Part shown: in pieces, positions 52,427 through 63,984 of the stretch
Layout: each line of letters starts with the position of its first letter
Numbering within the stretch: the stretch's first letter is position 1
Notes under the pieces: model-generated
What the model was told of the DNA's origin: nothing
Database searches by the model: none
Seen by the model: only the letters and a program-made list of their open reading frames with translations
From: an uncultured Candidatus Saccharibacteria bacterium
GTDB lineage: Bacteria; Patescibacteriota; Minisyncoccia; UBA6257; Colwellbacteraceae
DNA: 64,000 nucleotides
Direction: 5' to 3'
NCBI GenBank assembly: GCA_964609135.1
Contig: CAZSQQ010000002.1
Span: 13,349-77,348, forward strand
Translations under genes and position numbers: made by a program

Positions 52427-53638
52427 TTAAACCTTTCCCACCAGTTGATAGACGGGAATGATTATGGCGAGCGCGATCACTCCCACAATCATGCCGATAA
52501 TGAGGAGGAGAACCGGTTCCAAGAACGATATTAAAATCTTGAGAGACGAATCAATTTCAGACTCATAGAACTCGGACAGGGTCTCGAGGATGCTCTCCAA
52601 GTGACCGGATTTTTCGGAAATGGCGATTAGATTCACAACCACTCTCGGAAAATATGTCTCCCGGTGAAAAGCTTCACCGATTGTCAAACCCTTGGCGATG
52701 CCCTCCCTGGAAATTCTAATCAGAGTCGCTTCCATGTCCGGATTGCCGACGGTTTTGGCGGTTATCTCCATCGCTTCCAGGATCGGCATCCCCGACCGCA
52801 AAAGCGAAGAGAGGGTCGAGGCAAATCTCTGCAAGGCGATTCTATAAATAATTTCGCTAACCACCGGCAATCTCACCAAAGTTCTTCTTAAAATCCTTTG
52901 CCCAAGAAAATTTTTGAAAAAGAAAAACCATGAGCCAAAAACGGCGGAGACGAGAAACAACAATACCGCGAAAGCGTTATGGCCCAAAAAGAGCCCGATA
53001 GAAAAAACAATCTTGGAAAAAAGCGGCGGCTCAATGCCGGCCGAAAGGAAGGTTTCGGCTATCCGAGGCAACGCGAAGGTGATCATAAGAAACAGGATCA
53101 CGAGTGACAGGAAAACAAGAACTACCGGATAAATAAGAGCGCTCTTAATTTTGTTCCTTAACTGTTGTTCTTTCTCCAAGCCCCGACTCAAGTCTTCAAA
53201 AATCTGATCCAGATTGCCCGAGACCTCTCCGGCACGAATGAGATTGGTAAAAACCGCCGAAAAGTACTTGGGGTATTTCTCGAAAGTGGTATAGAAAGGC
53301 TGTCCCCGGCTTAAGGCGTCCTTGATTTCCAAGAGAAGAGTTTTAACCGACGGTTTCTCAAAGTCGGCGATTAAAATATCTATGGCGCTGAATAGATCGG
53401 TCCCGACTCTAAGCATCAAAGCCAGGTACTTGGTTAAGAATACCTTGTCGGCCGTGGTAATGGATTCTGAAAAGACGCCCTTAACCCCCCTGGTTTCAAC
53501 CGCCCCCAAAGATTTTAGGGAAACCGGACGAAGACCCTGCTTCCCCATCCACTCCAAGACTTCGCTTGGGGCTCCGGCTTCCAAGTCGCCTTCGACGGCG
53601 TTATTTTTTGCGTCGGTGGCGATATAATGAAATCTCAT
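52427..53638 (-). CDS. pilC: type IV pilus inner-membrane platform protein PilC (GspF family)
   Basis: Two T2SS-F repeats, 3 TM, about 400 aa. Confidence 0.8.
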   Translation of the reverse strand: MRFHYIATDAKNNAVEGDLEAGAPSEVLEWMGKQGLRPVSLKSLGAVETRGVKGVFSESITTADKVFLTKYLALMLRVGTDLFSAIDILIADFEKPSVKTLLLEIKDALSRGQPFYTTFEKYPKYFSAVFTNLIRAGEVSGNLDQIFEDLSRGLEKEQQLRNKIKSALIYPVVLVFLSLVILFLMITFALPRIAETFLSAGIEPPLFSKIVFSIGLFLGHNAFAVLLFLVSAVFGSWFFFFKNFLGQRILRRTLVRLPVVSEIIYRIALQRFASTLSSLLRSGMPILEAMEITAKTVGNPDMEATLIRISREGIAKGLTIGEAFHRETYFPRVVVNLIAISEKSGHLESILETLSEFYESEIDSSLKILISFLEPVLLLIIGMIVGVIALAIIIPVYQLVGKV

Positions 53639-53639
53639 T

Positions 53640-55349
53640 TTACTCTCTAATGACTCGGAATATTTCTTCGATGGTGGTAATTCCCTGTTCGACTTTTCTT
53701 AAACCGTCTTCAAACATACTTATCATACCCTCTTTTTTAGCTAAAGCCCTAAGGGCGTCGAGCGAAAAGTCGGGACTCACAATTAACTTCCTGACTTCTT
53801 CGGTAATTTCCAGCACCTCGAAAATACCTACCCGTCCCTGATAGCCGCTCTCATTATCGGCCGCACAGCCCTTGCCTTTGTATAACAGCTTGGGAAGCCT
53901 GTACTCATTCGGGTCAAATCCCAATTCGGATAGCTGTTTCCTCACGGCCGCCTCGGTTTGGGCGTCGAGCTCGTAAGACTCGATACAATCAAGATGAATC
54001 TTTCTTACCAGCCTTTGAGACAAAACGGCATTTAAGACGGCAGCCACCAGGAATTGGGGGACTTTCATATCCATAAGACGGGGAATGGCCGTCGGAGCGT
54101 CGTTGGTGTGGAGCGAAGACAAGACCAAATGCCCCGTCAAGGCTGACTGCACGGCAATGCCGGCGGTGTCCTCGTCGCGAATTTCTCCAACCATGATGAT
54201 ATTGGGATCCTGTCTCAAAATAGACTTGAGACCGGTCGCAAAAGTCACGCCAGCGACGGGATTAATTTGGGTTTGATTGATAAACTTGATATCGTATTCA
54301 ATTGGATCCTCAACGGTCACAATATTCACTTGAGGGTGATTCAGGGAGGCGAGGACCGAATAGAGGGTGGTGGTTTTGCCGGCTCCGGTCGGACCGCAGA
54401 CCAAAACCATTCCGTAGCTTTTTTTGACATTCTCTTCCAAAAGTTTCACGGTGTCCTCAAACATGCCCAATTCCGCAAAAGATAAGGGGCGGCTCACGGC
54501 TGTGAGTAACCTCATCTCCACCTTCTCTCCATAGAAGGTGGGCATGATGGCGACTCTAACGTCAATCGTCTCCGTGCCGACTTGATAGCGGAAACGGCCG
54601 TCTTGCGGCTTGGAGTGCTCGTCAATCTTCAAGCCCGAGAGAAGTTTGATCCTGGCCGTGACCGCCGGATGAATTTCTTTGGGGAGTCTGAACATTTCAT
54701 AGAGAATGCCGTCAACCCTGTAGCGGACGAGAATTGAGTCCTCGAAAATCTCCATATGGACGTCCGATGACCTCAAGGACATCGCGTAAGACAAGAGATT
54801 GTCAACGGTCGCGATGATTGGGACATCGGTCGCCGCCGCCTCTCCTTTGGCGCGACTCTCAAGCGATTTTCTCACGCTCTCTTCGATCGTTTCCTGAAAA
54901 CTCTTCGCTGAAACTTTGCCGTAAAGCGAATAGCCTTTATTCAAATCCCCCTCGCTCGCGATATAGGGCTTGATTCGGACTTTCAAATAACTCTCCAAGA
55001 ATTCTATGGTTAAGAGGTTCGAGGGATCCTCCATGGCGGCTCCGAGCACACCGGGAGATTCCTCACGAAATATTATTGTTCTTTTATCTCTGGCTATATT
55101 TTCGGGCAGGAGTTTCAGGACGTTCGCGTCTATCTCGCCGCCCTCGATCCTCGAGAGAGGCACGCTTAAATAGAAAGAGAGAGCGTTAATGTAGTAATCC
55201 TCGGTAATGATGTGCCGAGAAATCAAGGTATCGGCCAAACCTTGCCCCAGGCGAGCGGCTTCCGAGGCCACCTCATCAAAAACCTCCGGAGCGATAAGTT
55301 GATCTTGAGTAAGAATCTCTTTCAATTTTTGCGGAGGAATCTGGAGCAT
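53640..55349 (-). CDS. pilB: type IV pilus assembly ATPase PilB (GspE family)
   Basis: Walker A GPTGAGKTTTLY, Asp box, His box, Walker B of secretion ATPases. Confidence 0.85.
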   Translation of the reverse strand: MLQIPPQKLKEILTQDQLIAPEVFDEVASEAARLGQGLADTLISRHIITEDYYINALSFYLSVPLSRIEGGEIDANVLKLLPENIARDKRTIIFREESPGVLGAAMEDPSNLLTIEFLESYLKVRIKPYIASEGDLNKGYSLYGKVSAKSFQETIEESVRKSLESRAKGEAAATDVPIIATVDNLLSYAMSLRSSDVHMEIFEDSILVRYRVDGILYEMFRLPKEIHPAVTARIKLLSGLKIDEHSKPQDGRFRYQVGTETIDVRVAIMPTFYGEKVEMRLLTAVSRPLSFAELGMFEDTVKLLEENVKKSYGMVLVCGPTGAGKTTTLYSVLASLNHPQVNIVTVEDPIEYDIKFINQTQINPVAGVTFATGLKSILRQDPNIIMVGEIRDEDTAGIAVQSALTGHLVLSSLHTNDAPTAIPRLMDMKVPQFLVAAVLNAVLSQRLVRKIHLDCIESYELDAQTEAAVRKQLSELGFDPNEYRLPKLLYKGKGCAADNESGYQGRVGIFEVLEITEEVRKLIVSPDFSLDALRALAKKEGMISMFEDGLRKVEQGITTIEEIFRVIRE

Positions 55350-55409
55350 TGCTTTCCTTAGAGTATAACAGACAAACGACTCTCTGCATTACTGTTTGGC
55401 ACAGAACCG

Positions 55410-55429
55410 CGCTACAGTTAACTGTAGCG
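55410..55429. repeat. 20-bp perfect palindrome CGCTACAGTTAACTGTAGCG downstream of pilin gene (terminator-like; GTTAAC core)
   Basis: Perfect dyad in the pilin/pilB intergenic region. Confidence 0.6.
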
Positions 55430-55469
55430 GTAGGGAGTCGGTATGAAAGAGATAAAATGCTTAAAAATT

Positions 55470-56063
55470 TTACAAAGTCAGGTCGGTGCCCGTCTCGTAG
55501 AAGGCGTTGTCGCCGCCATCCTTACCGTCCAGATCGAGGGTGGTCTTATATTTGACGCTCTCAAAGGAAGCGTTAATTTCAAAGGTTTTAGCCGCCTGGT
55601 CGCAAGCATAACGATAGATGAGATCGCCGGTATTGGTAGGATCGATGGCTAGAGTGCCAAAGGGCGATCCGCCGGAAATGCTGGTAAAGTTAATTGGCAG
55701 CCAACCGCTGCCGCCGACCGTTCTCACAGCCGTAACCACTGTCGCGAGACCCGCGCCGGCGTTTCTCTTCAAAAAAGTGCTGGTGGTGGCGTCTGCGTAA
55801 ACATAACCGTCGCCGGCTGTCGCCCCAACGGTGCAGGCGGTATCGGCCAGAGCTCCATTAAGGTCGGGAGAGGTAGCATCAGATAAATAAAGAGAGATGG
55901 CGCTGCTTAGGGCGGCCAGATCGGAGATTCGGGTCGAGTCCCTGGCTTGAGCGAGCAATTCGGCGGGGTTTAAAACCACAACGGTGGTTGCCGCCAAAAC
56001 TCCCAAAATTCCGATAACGATGAGAAGCTCAATTAAAGTAAAACCTTTTTTATTGGCAGTCAT
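55470..56063 (-). CDS. type IV pilin (short, likely major pilin)
   Basis: Start at Met9: MTANKKG|FTLIELLIVIGILGVLAA, textbook class III signal peptide plus alpha1 helix. Confidence 0.75.
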   Translation of the reverse strand: MTANKKGFTLIELLIVIGILGVLAATTVVVLNPAELLAQARDSTRISDLAALSSAISLYLSDATSPDLNGALADTACTVGATAGDGYVYADATTSTFLKRNAGAGLATVVTAVRTVGGSGWLPINFTSISGGSPFGTLAIDPTNTGDLIYRYACDQAAKTFEINASFESVKYKTTLDLDGKDGGDNAFYETGTDLTL

Positions 56064-56113
56064 GATTACTCTAATGTAGTATAGCAAACTTGGGGGATAT
56101 TGCTTGGGGATAA

Positions 56114-57631
56114 CTATTTCGCATACTCAACCGCTCTCATCTCGCGAATAACATTAACTTTAATCTCACCCGGGTATTTCAATTCCGATTCGATCTTCAC
56201 GGCGATGTCTCTCGCGAGCTCGAGGGCTCTGAAATCGTCAATTTGCTCGGGCACGACGAAAACCCTTATTTCTCTGCCGGCTGAAACGGCGTAAGAATTC
56301 TTAACTCCGGGAAAGCTCATGGCGATTTTTTCCAAATCCTCCAGCCGCTTAATGTAGTTCTCGAGCGTTCCCCTTCTCGCGCCGGGACGCGCCGCTGACA
56401 GGATATCGGCGGCGGTAACAATGAAGGACTCCGGAGAGGCAAAGGGATATTCCTCGTGATGAGACTGCATGGCCAAAATCACCGCCTCGTCCACGCCGTA
56501 TTTCTTCAGAATCTTCCGCCCCAATTCAACGTGAGTGCCCTGCACTTCGTGATCGATGGCCTTACCGATGTCGTGAACCAAGGCGCCTTTCTTTGCCACC
56601 TCGACACTCACTCCCAAATCGGCGGCTATCATGCCGGCCACGTGAGCCATTTCCACCGAATGGGTTAAGACGTTTTGTCCGAAACTGGTCCGAAAGTGGA
56701 GCCTCCCCAAGAGCTGGAGGATCTCCCTCGGCAAATCCAACACCCCCACCTCATAAGCGGCCTCCTCCCCAATCTCCAAAATGCGCTTATCAAGTTCGTT
56801 TTGGGCTTCTTCCACTTTTTCCTCGATCTTGGCCGGCTGGATCCGACCGTCCTTGATGAGCTTCTCCAGTGCCATCTTCACAATCTCGCGACGCATCGGG
56901 TCGAAAGAAGAGATGATTATCGTCTCCGGCGTTTCATCGATGATAAGTTCGGCGCCGGTCAGCCTTTCAAGAGTTCTTACGTTCCGCCCCTCGCGGCCGA
57001 TGATTTTCCCTTTGAATTCCTCCGATGGCAGCGTGAAAATCGAGGTGGTAATTTCTGAAACGTGGCTCCGCGCGTAACGCTGTACCGCCGTCGTCATAAT
57101 CTCAACGCTTTTTTTCTCAATCTCGTCTTTCCTTTCTTTCAGAAGCTTCTGGAGAACCATTGTCGTTTCATCCCTCGCCCTTTCCTCAATTTCCTGAAAA
57201 AGTTTTTTCTTAGCCTCTTCCTCGCTTAACCCGGCAACCCTGGAAAGGGCGGCCCTGGCTTGGTCTTTAATCTTATCAAGTTCGCCCCGAGAGACCTCCA
57301 GTTTCTCTTTCTCTAAGGTGAGGCTGGCTTCCCTTGTTTTTACAACCTCGGTTTCTCGAGAGAGGTCTTCCTCTCTTTTTATCAACCGTTCCTCGAGGCG
57401 GTCCACGGCGGAACGTCTTTCCGTTTCCTCTTTCTTCGCCTCATCCAAAACCGCGACCGCCTTATTCTTAGCCTCAAGGATTATCTCCTGGGCTTCATTT
57501 TTCGCTTTAAGAAATTCTTCTCGGCGCTTATTTTCTAAGCTCTCGGCTCGTTTCTCGGATAAGACCTGTCGAATTACGTAACCGGCGGCCAGGCCCAAAA
57601 AGCCCGCCGCTATAAACGGCAGATAGTTCAT
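56114..57631 (-). CDS. rny: ribonuclease Y
   Basis: N-terminal TM, coiled coil, KH domain, HD domain (HSVEMAHVAGMIAADLG...HDIGK). Confidence 0.85.
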   Translation of the reverse strand: MNYLPFIAAGFLGLAAGYVIRQVLSEKRAESLENKRREEFLKAKNEAQEIILEAKNKAVAVLDEAKKEETERRSAVDRLEERLIKREEDLSRETEVVKTREASLTLEKEKLEVSRGELDKIKDQARAALSRVAGLSEEEAKKKLFQEIEERARDETTMVLQKLLKERKDEIEKKSVEIMTTAVQRYARSHVSEITTSIFTLPSEEFKGKIIGREGRNVRTLERLTGAELIIDETPETIIISSFDPMRREIVKMALEKLIKDGRIQPAKIEEKVEEAQNELDKRILEIGEEAAYEVGVLDLPREILQLLGRLHFRTSFGQNVLTHSVEMAHVAGMIAADLGVSVEVAKKGALVHDIGKAIDHEVQGTHVELGRKILKKYGVDEAVILAMQSHHEEYPFASPESFIVTAADILSAARPGARRGTLENYIKRLEDLEKIAMSFPGVKNSYAVSAGREIRVFVVPEQIDDFRALELARDIAVKIESELKYPGEIKVNVIREMRAVEYAK

Positions 57632-57754
57632 AAGTAAAAATTTTATCGGTTAATTTCATTGGACTTTTATTTAAGTATAAGCCTCGGGATGGAAGCTGTC
57701 AACACATTCGACTTTCTCAGTGTTGATGCTGAGCTTGCCGAACGCATCAAAACC

Positions 57755-58474
57755 CTAAGAAAGAGTCCATGTGGAGGTCCCGAAGATCAGAAGCGTGAGG
57801 AAGATCGCGGAGGTCGCGTTCCTCAAAATAATCTCGCGAGAAAGCGATCCCAAGGAATGGCGGAGAATTAGATCGTGAAAGACAAAAACCAAGGTTGAGG
57901 CGAGGGCGCCTCCCAGAAGAGACCCGAGCGGAAGGAACGAAACAACGAAGAGCGCTTGATTGAGAGTCAAGGCCTCGATGCCTCCCGCGAGCCAGATTTT
58001 GGGCGAAGAAACATTATTAAGGGAAAATAAATAAAATTCTCTGAAGAGAAAGAAGAAGATGAGAAAGGCGGGGAAGGGATGAATAATCCCTTTAATCGCG
58101 AGAGCGCTTAGACCTGTCACTTCTCCAAAATGCAGAAGGTAATATAAATGCAGGCGCCTCGCGTGGATCAGGTTTTTAACTCCCAAAAGCAGATAGAAAA
58201 GGGTTCCCAAAAACACTGAAAGATATATTTCGTAGGCGGGGGAATAGGGGAGTTTAAGGGTTAAGAGGACTACCGCGGAGGCCGAAGCCAAGAACTTCAC
58301 GGAACCAATGGCCGGCCTAAAGTAAAAAAGGATAAAAAGAGAGGAAAATACGGCGGCAGAGAAAAAGCCTTGCCCGCCGGCCCTTAAAAAGAAAACTGTT
58401 ATGGCGAAAAAAAGAGACTTAAGCGCTGAGCTTAATATCGGACTCTTCGAAACTGACTCTAACGCGGCTGCCAT
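57755..58474 (-). CDS. polytopic hypothetical membrane protein
   Basis: About 7 TM; only ATG start overlaps clpB 3' end by 56 nt; no in-frame ATG/GTG/TTG downstream of clpB stop. Confidence 0.4.
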   Translation of the reverse strand: MAAALESVSKSPILSSALKSLFFAITVFFLRAGGQGFFSAAVFSSLFILFYFRPAIGSVKFLASASAVVLLTLKLPYSPAYEIYLSVFLGTLFYLLLGVKNLIHARRLHLYYLLHFGEVTGLSALAIKGIIHPFPAFLIFFFLFREFYLFSLNNVSSPKIWLAGGIEALTLNQALFVVSFLPLGSLLGGALASTLVFVFHDLILRHSLGSLSREIILRNATSAIFLTLLIFGTSTWTLS

Positions 58475-61049
58475 CTTTGATGTTTCCTCTTATGATTTGG
58501 TCGGCCAATTTGTCCAAAACCGTTTTCTCAAGGAAGCGCTTTATCGGCCTCGCCCCCAAATCAGGATCAAAACCGTTCTTTATAATGTAATCTTTGGCGG
58601 ATTCGTCAAAAGAAACGGCTATGCCTTTTTGTTTTAAGGTCTCCTCAAGCTGCTTAATTTGAATATCGACGATGGCAGCGACATTTTCCCTGGAAAGCGG
58701 GTTGAAAATAATGGTCTCGTCTATTCGGTTAAGAAATTCCGGACGGAAGTGATCTCTTAAGGCTGATTTCACTTTAGATCGGTATTCCTCCCTTTTTGTT
58801 TTGGCCTCGCCGCGACCGGAGGCGCCAAATCCTAAACGCGACATTTCCCTCAAAAACTCGCTGCCCACGTTCGAAGTCATAATAATAATAGTGTTTTTGA
58901 AGTTCACTGTCTTCCCCTTGCCGTCTGTGAGCCTCCCGTTGTCCAAAACCTGAAGCAAGATGTTGAAAACTTCCGGATGCGCTTTTTCTATCTCGTCAAA
59001 AAGTATGAGACTGTAGGGTCGGTGCCGAATGAGATCGGTTAGCTGTCCCCCTTCCTCAAAACCTACGTATCCCGGAGGCGATCCGATTAGTCTTGAGACC
59101 GAATGCCTTTCCATATATTCGGACATGTCGATTCGGACCAGGGCTTTTTCATCGTTAAACATAAAGGAGGCAAGGGTGCGGGCCAGTTCCGTCTTGCCAA
59201 CCCCGGAGGGGCCCAAAAACATAAATGATCCCAAAGGCCTGTCAACCGGCGAAAGCCCCGCCCTGGCGCGCCGGAGAGCGCTCGAGACCGCGCTAATCCC
59301 CTCGCTCTGCCCCACCACTCGCTCCCCTAAAACCTCTTCAATCCTCTTAAGTTTTAAGGCTTCGGATTCCAAGATGCTTTCCGTGGGAATCCCCGTCCAC
59401 CGGGAAATAACCGAGGCGATATCTTCCGGGTCAACCTTAGCTTTCAAAAACTGCGTCTTGGTTTTGCCGACGGCGGAAAAATAACGCCTCTCGTAAGAAT
59501 CGTATTCTTTAACGGCTGCCGGGAGTTCTCCGTAAATCACCTCGGCCACTCTTTGCAGTTCCCCGCCGCGCTCGGCAATTTCTTTCTCGCGCTTCAGACC
59601 GTCAACTTTGAGCCTCAAATTGTTCAGTTTATCAAAAATCATTTTTTCCGACTCCCAGGCCTGGGTGAGTTCAGCGTCCTTCACTTTCAGAGCTTTAATT
59701 TCCTTGTCTATGTCCTTCAACTTCTTCGAGTTTTTGGTTTTCACTTGCTTTACCACTTGGGCCTTGAGAATTTCCTTGCCGGTCACCTCGCGCCGGACTT
59801 TGACGATCTCTTGAGGCAAGCTTTCAGTCTCAAGTCTTCTCATTGAAGAGGCCTCATCAATCACGTCAACGGCCTTATCGGGCAAAAAACGGTCGGCGAT
59901 ATAGCGAGCCGATAAGTTCACGGCGGCCACTATCGCCTCATCGCTGATTTTTAGTCCGTGATGAAGTTCGTATTTTTCCTTAAGGCCGCGGATAATTTCC
60001 AAGCTGTCTTCAATTGAAGGCTCTTCAATTAAAACCGGCTGGAACCTTCTCTCCAGGGCCGCGTCCTTCTCTATGTGTTTCTGATACTCCTTGGTGGTGG
60101 TGGCCCCGACCGCTCTAAGTTCACCTCTCGCCAAAGCCGGTTTAAGCAGGTTTGAGGCGTCAACCGCTCCTTCGGCGGCGCCGGCTCCGACAATCATATG
60201 GATTTCATCAATGAAAAGAATTATTCTTCCGGCAGAATTTTGAATTTCCTTAATGAAAGCTTTCAGCCTGTCCTCGAATTCTCCCCTGAACTTGGTGCCG
60301 GCAATCAAGGACCCCAGATCCAGCATGATTACTTCCTTGCCCTTCAGGGTTTCGGGAACATCGCCGGAAACGATCTTTTGGGCCAATCCCTCGACAATGG
60401 CAGTTTTACCAACTCCCGGCTCACCGATTAAAATCGGGTTGTTTTTAGTTCTTCTCGAAAGAATTTGTATCACCCGACGAAGTTCTTCTTCGCGCCCTAT
60501 TACCGGATCCAATTTCCCTTCGGCGGCTCTATCGGTCAAGTTAACTGAATATTTTTCCAAAACCTGAAACTTGCTCTCGGGCATCTCGTCGGTCACGTGA
60601 CTTGATCCCCGGAGACTCGAGAGAATTCTCAACGCGTTCTCTCTTCTTAAACCGAACTTCTCGAGTATCGCTCGCGCAGTCGAATCAACCTCTAAGATTC
60701 CCATAAGCAAGTGCTCGCAGGAAATAAATTCATCCTTGTTCACCGCTGCAATCTTGGCGGCACGGTCCACGATTTTCAAAACCTCCTGGGAAAGATAGAG
60801 TTGCCCCACGGAGGTGGCTGAAAAAATTTTGGGCAATCTTTTCAACTCCCCATTGATTTCATTATCAAGCGTCTCCAAATTGACATTGGCCCGGGTAATG
60901 ATGGGCCTTACCAAAGAACTGCCGTCGGCCATAAGAGCCGAGAGCAGGTGGAGGGCTTTAAACTCGCCGTGGTTCTCGGCTGAGGCCAAATCCTGCGCAT
61001 TCTGGATTGCTTCCTGCGCCTTGATTGTAAAACGATTAAATGAATTCAT
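58419..61049 (-). CDS. clpB: ATP-dependent chaperone ClpB
   Basis: Two AAA+ modules ([15 protein letters not shown]; [15 protein letters not shown]), coiled-coil M domain, Clp N domain. Confidence 0.9.
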   Translation of the reverse strand: MNSFNRFTIKAQEAIQNAQDLASAENHGEFKALHLLSALMADGSSLVRPIITRANVNLETLDNEINGELKRLPKIFSATSVGQLYLSQEVLKIVDRAAKIAAVNKDEFISCEHLLMGILEVDSTARAILEKFGLRRENALRILSSLRGSSHVTDEMPESKFQVLEKYSVNLTDRAAEGKLDPVIGREEELRRVIQILSRRTKNNPILIGEPGVGKTAIVEGLAQKIVSGDVPETLKGKEVIMLDLGSLIAGTKFRGEFEDRLKAFIKEIQNSAGRIILFIDEIHMIVGAGAAEGAVDASNLLKPALARGELRAVGATTTKEYQKHIEKDAALERRFQPVLIEEPSIEDSLEIIRGLKEKYELHHGLKISDEAIVAAVNLSARYIADRFLPDKAVDVIDEASSMRRLETESLPQEIVKVRREVTGKEILKAQVVKQVKTKNSKKLKDIDKEIKALKVKDAELTQAWESEKMIFDKLNNLRLKVDGLKREKEIAERGGELQRVAEVIYGELPAAVKEYDSYERRYFSAVGKTKTQFLKAKVDPEDIASVISRWTGIPTESILESEALKLKRIEEVLGERVVGQSEGISAVSSALRRARAGLSPVDRPLGSFMFLGPSGVGKTELARTLASFMFNDEKALVRIDMSEYMERHSVSRLIGSPPGYVGFEEGGQLTDLIRHRPYSLILFDEIEKAHPEVFNILLQVLDNGRLTDGKGKTVNFKNTIIIMTSNVGSEFLREMSRLGFGASGRGEAKTKREEYRSKVKSALRDHFRPEFLNRIDETIIFNPLSRENVAAIVDIQIKQLEETLKQKGIAVSFDESAKDYIIKNGFDPDLGARPIKRFLEKTVLDKLADQIIRGNIKDGSRVRVSFEESDIKLSA

Positions 61050-61054
61050 CTCTT

Positions 61055-62320
61055 TTATCCTTGCGGTCTTTCCTCAAGCGTAGCCCGGATATCGATAGTA
61101 TTACTGCCGCGCTTTACCGTGAGCGAAATCGTGTCTCCTATATTATACTTCGAAATCAAACTGCTCAAGGGATTATCCTTATTAACCTTAACGCCTTGAA
61201 CCTCGAGAACAATGTCTTCTGCCTGAAGGCCGGCTTTTTCAGCCGGGCTCCCGGGGACAATGGCCGGTCCGTCTTCACCGCCGCGAATCAAAGCTCCGTA
61301 ATCGACGGGGAGTTTTTGAGATTTCATAATCTCTTCGTCAATTCCTACATAACGCACTCCCAAATAAGCAACTTTGATGCCTCCGGTTTTCATGACTGAC
61401 TGAATGTCACGCTTGGCCTCGTTTACGGGAATGGCGAAACCGATGTTCTGGGCGCCGGAGGCAATGGCGGTGTTAATTCCGATTACCTGCCCCTTCAGAT
61501 TAAGAAGCGGACCGCCGGAATTGCCCGGGTTAATCGCGGCATCGGTTTGAATCAATCCCCGGAGAGTCTCATTGCCGATCGGACCGCCGGCCGTAATGGT
61601 TCTTGAAAGTCCGGAAATAACTCCGACTGACACGGTATTTCTAAACTCTCCCAAGGCGTTTCCGATAGCAATGGCGGTTTGGCCCAACTTGAGGCTTCTT
61701 GAATCACCAAGTTCAGCCGCCTTAAGTCCCGGGGCGTCAATTTTAATTACCGCCAGATCCTGAACCGGGTCACGGGCCAAAACGGTGGCGCTGTATTTCT
61801 TCCCGTCGTTCGTTAGGACTGTATAATCCGCTTTAGCCTCCCCCACCACATGCTTATTGGTAAGAATCATTCCATCTTGGGAGATGATAAAACCGCTCCC
61901 GCCGCCAACCTCTTGTTTTTTAGTTCCTTTCTCGCAGGGGATGGTTATATCAAATCCCGGGCCAAAGAAATCACGAAACTCCGGGGGCAGTCCCGGATTG
62001 TAGGGACAGCGTTCAATAACCGGCAGGTCTTTAGAAATAACTATCGAGACAACCGAAGGCGAGGCCTTTTCTACGGCCTGAATCACCGCTTGTTCATAAT
62101 CGACAGTCGGAGAGTAGAGCGTTGGGTTGGGGGGCGTTTCCGTCTCGTTCTTTCCTGGCGGGGTTGATTTTGGCGATTCGATTTTTGGAGCCAACTTCTC
62201 CAAGAATCCCTTGACGTCGTTAAGTATGCCCGCTTTGGCTGCGGGCGAACTAATCACGGTCCCGGAGAGAATCCCCAGGAAAATCAGGGTAAAAATTAGA
62301 GAGATATTGGCTCTTTTCAT
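61055..62320 (-). CDS. htrA: HtrA/DegP-family serine protease with PDZ domain
   Basis: Catalytic triad blocks [23 protein letters not shown]; C-terminal PDZ. Confidence 0.85.
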   Translation of the reverse strand: MKRANISLIFTLIFLGILSGTVISSPAAKAGILNDVKGFLEKLAPKIESPKSTPPGKNETETPPNPTLYSPTVDYEQAVIQAVEKASPSVVSIVISKDLPVIERCPYNPGLPPEFRDFFGPGFDITIPCEKGTKKQEVGGGSGFIISQDGMILTNKHVVGEAKADYTVLTNDGKKYSATVLARDPVQDLAVIKIDAPGLKAAELGDSRSLKLGQTAIAIGNALGEFRNTVSVGVISGLSRTITAGGPIGNETLRGLIQTDAAINPGNSGGPLLNLKGQVIGINTAIASGAQNIGFAIPVNEAKRDIQSVMKTGGIKVAYLGVRYVGIDEEIMKSQKLPVDYGALIRGGEDGPAIVPGSPAEKAGLQAEDIVLEVQGVKVNKDNPLSSLISKYNIGDTISLTVKRGSNTIDIRATLEERPQG

Positions 62321-63462
62321 TGCACTAAATTTATAATCCGCTTGGCCGCCTTGTCAATCTGTCTTTTAGTCGTAGGCGTCCCCAAAGTCAGGCGCAAACT
62401 TCTTTCCGCTCTCTCCTTTCCAAAACCCAAAGCCAGAACCGCATGAGAAGGTTCGGATTTCCGTCCCGCGCAAGCGGAACCGTGAGAAACGGCGATCCCG
62501 GCCAGATCAAATTTTATGATCAGATCTTCCGCCTTATCTTTCGGAAAATAGACATTGATGTTGTTCACGAGCCTATTGTGCATATCACCGTTGACTCGGA
62601 GCTCGGGCTTTTTCTTCTTTAATTCCTTCCAGAAATAATCTCGAAGTTTGCCGATACGTTTGGCCTCGCTGGTTTTGTTTTTTTGAACGAGCAGGGCAGC
62701 CGTCTCGAACCCTACAATTGCAGGAACATTTTCAGTGCCGGCACGAAGCCCGAACTCCTGAATGCCGCCGGTAATTATCGGAACGATGGTGTTTTCTCTT
62801 GCATAGAGCAAGCTCGCCCCTTTCGGCCCGTAAATCTTCTGGCTGGAAACGGTCATCAAGTCCACTCCCAGGCTTTTCACGTCCATTTCCAAAAACTGAA
62901 AAGCCTGCGCGGCGTCAGTATGGAATAACGGATACTGGCAAGAGTTTTTTTTCTTAAAGTCAGCAATAATCTCCGCAATCTCTCTTATTGGTTCAATCAC
63001 GCCAATTTCGTTAGAGGCGTAAATAATTGAAACCAAAACCGTTCGCGCGTTCAGGGCTACTTTCAATTTGTCCAGATCTACGAAACCGTCTTTGGAAACC
63101 GGCAGCTCTATCACCTCCGCGCCGTCTTTCTTCAAATCTCTGCAGGTTTCTATAACCGATTCGTGCTCAATCTGCGAGGTGATAATTCTCGGGTCTTGAA
63201 TGCCGCTTTTCTTTATAGTGCCGCGGATAGCTAAATTATTTCCCTCGGTAGCAGAGGAAACAAAAATAATTTCTCTAAATTTAGCGTTAAGAATCTTCGC
63301 AAAAGTCTCACGCGCCTTATCAACCGCCGCCATCGCTTCCTGTCCAAAAGAGTGGATAGAGCCGGGATTGCCAAAACGTTTGCCTAAATACGGACGCATG
63401 GCGCGCTCTACTTCGGGGTCAACCGGCGTTGAAGCTGCGTAATCTAAATAGATCCTTTCCAT
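62317..63462 (-). CDS. cysteine desulfurase (class V aminotransferase, NifS/IscS-like)
   Basis: PLP-Lys block SSQKIYGPKG, active-site Cys loop HGSACAG, N-terminus MERIYLDYAASTP. Confidence 0.85.
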   Translation of the reverse strand: MERIYLDYAASTPVDPEVERAMRPYLGKRFGNPGSIHSFGQEAMAAVDKARETFAKILNAKFREIIFVSSATEGNNLAIRGTIKKSGIQDPRIITSQIEHESVIETCRDLKKDGAEVIELPVSKDGFVDLDKLKVALNARTVLVSIIYASNEIGVIEPIREIAEIIADFKKKNSCQYPLFHTDAAQAFQFLEMDVKSLGVDLMTVSSQKIYGPKGASLLYARENTIVPIITGGIQEFGLRAGTENVPAIVGFETAALLVQKNKTSEAKRIGKLRDYFWKELKKKKPELRVNGDMHNRLVNNINVYFPKDKAEDLIIKFDLAGIAVSHGSACAGRKSEPSHAVLALGFGKERAERSLRLTLGTPTTKRQIDKAAKRIINLVQ

Positions 63463-63486
63463 GATAAAAATACTTCTTGACTTAGA

Positions 63487-63984
63487 TTATATGAAACGAT
63501 GGGGCGAGACGGTCACCTTTATCAATTCTCCGGTATCCCGGTCGGGAACAATCAAAAATCCTTGCTTTTTCACCAAATCGTACAGGTCCCTCGTAATCAA
63601 GACGTCGTTCAAGCAGTATTTCTCGAGGCTCTCCCAGTCGCCGGCGGCATAAAACTTGGGGGCGTCCAGCCCATGGCCCGTCTTGCCAACTCCCAAATTG
63701 GTTCTAGATAAAATATCCAAGCCCACCCGGCGGCCGAAAGTCATCTCAATTTCATCCAAAAGATCGAAGCTGGGGAGCATTTTAGTATCAAAATCAAAAT
63801 ATTTGTCTAAGACCGGCAAATCAAACCTATTAATTGAAAACCCTATCACTAAGCCAGCCTCCCTAAGAACCGGCCCCAAATCTTTGAGACGATCTTCTCT
63901 GAAACTTAAGAAATTGCCCTGCAAATATGAGTAAACGCCGACCAGGGAGACCTCCAGGTCCTTCAGGTTTTGTTCACCGCCCAC
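63487..63984 (-). CDS. DEDD-type 3'-5' exonuclease-domain protein
   Basis: Exo III-like YCLNDVLITRDLY motif; N-terminus may extend beyond window. Confidence 0.45.
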   Translation of the reverse strand: MGGEQNLKDLEVSLVGVYSYLQGNFLSFREDRLKDLGPVLREAGLVIGFSINRFDLPVLDKYFDFDTKMLPSFDLLDEIEMTFGRRVGLDILSRTNLGVGKTGHGLDAPKFYAAGDWESLEKYCLNDVLITRDLYDLVKKQGFLIVPDRDTGELIKVTVSPHRFI

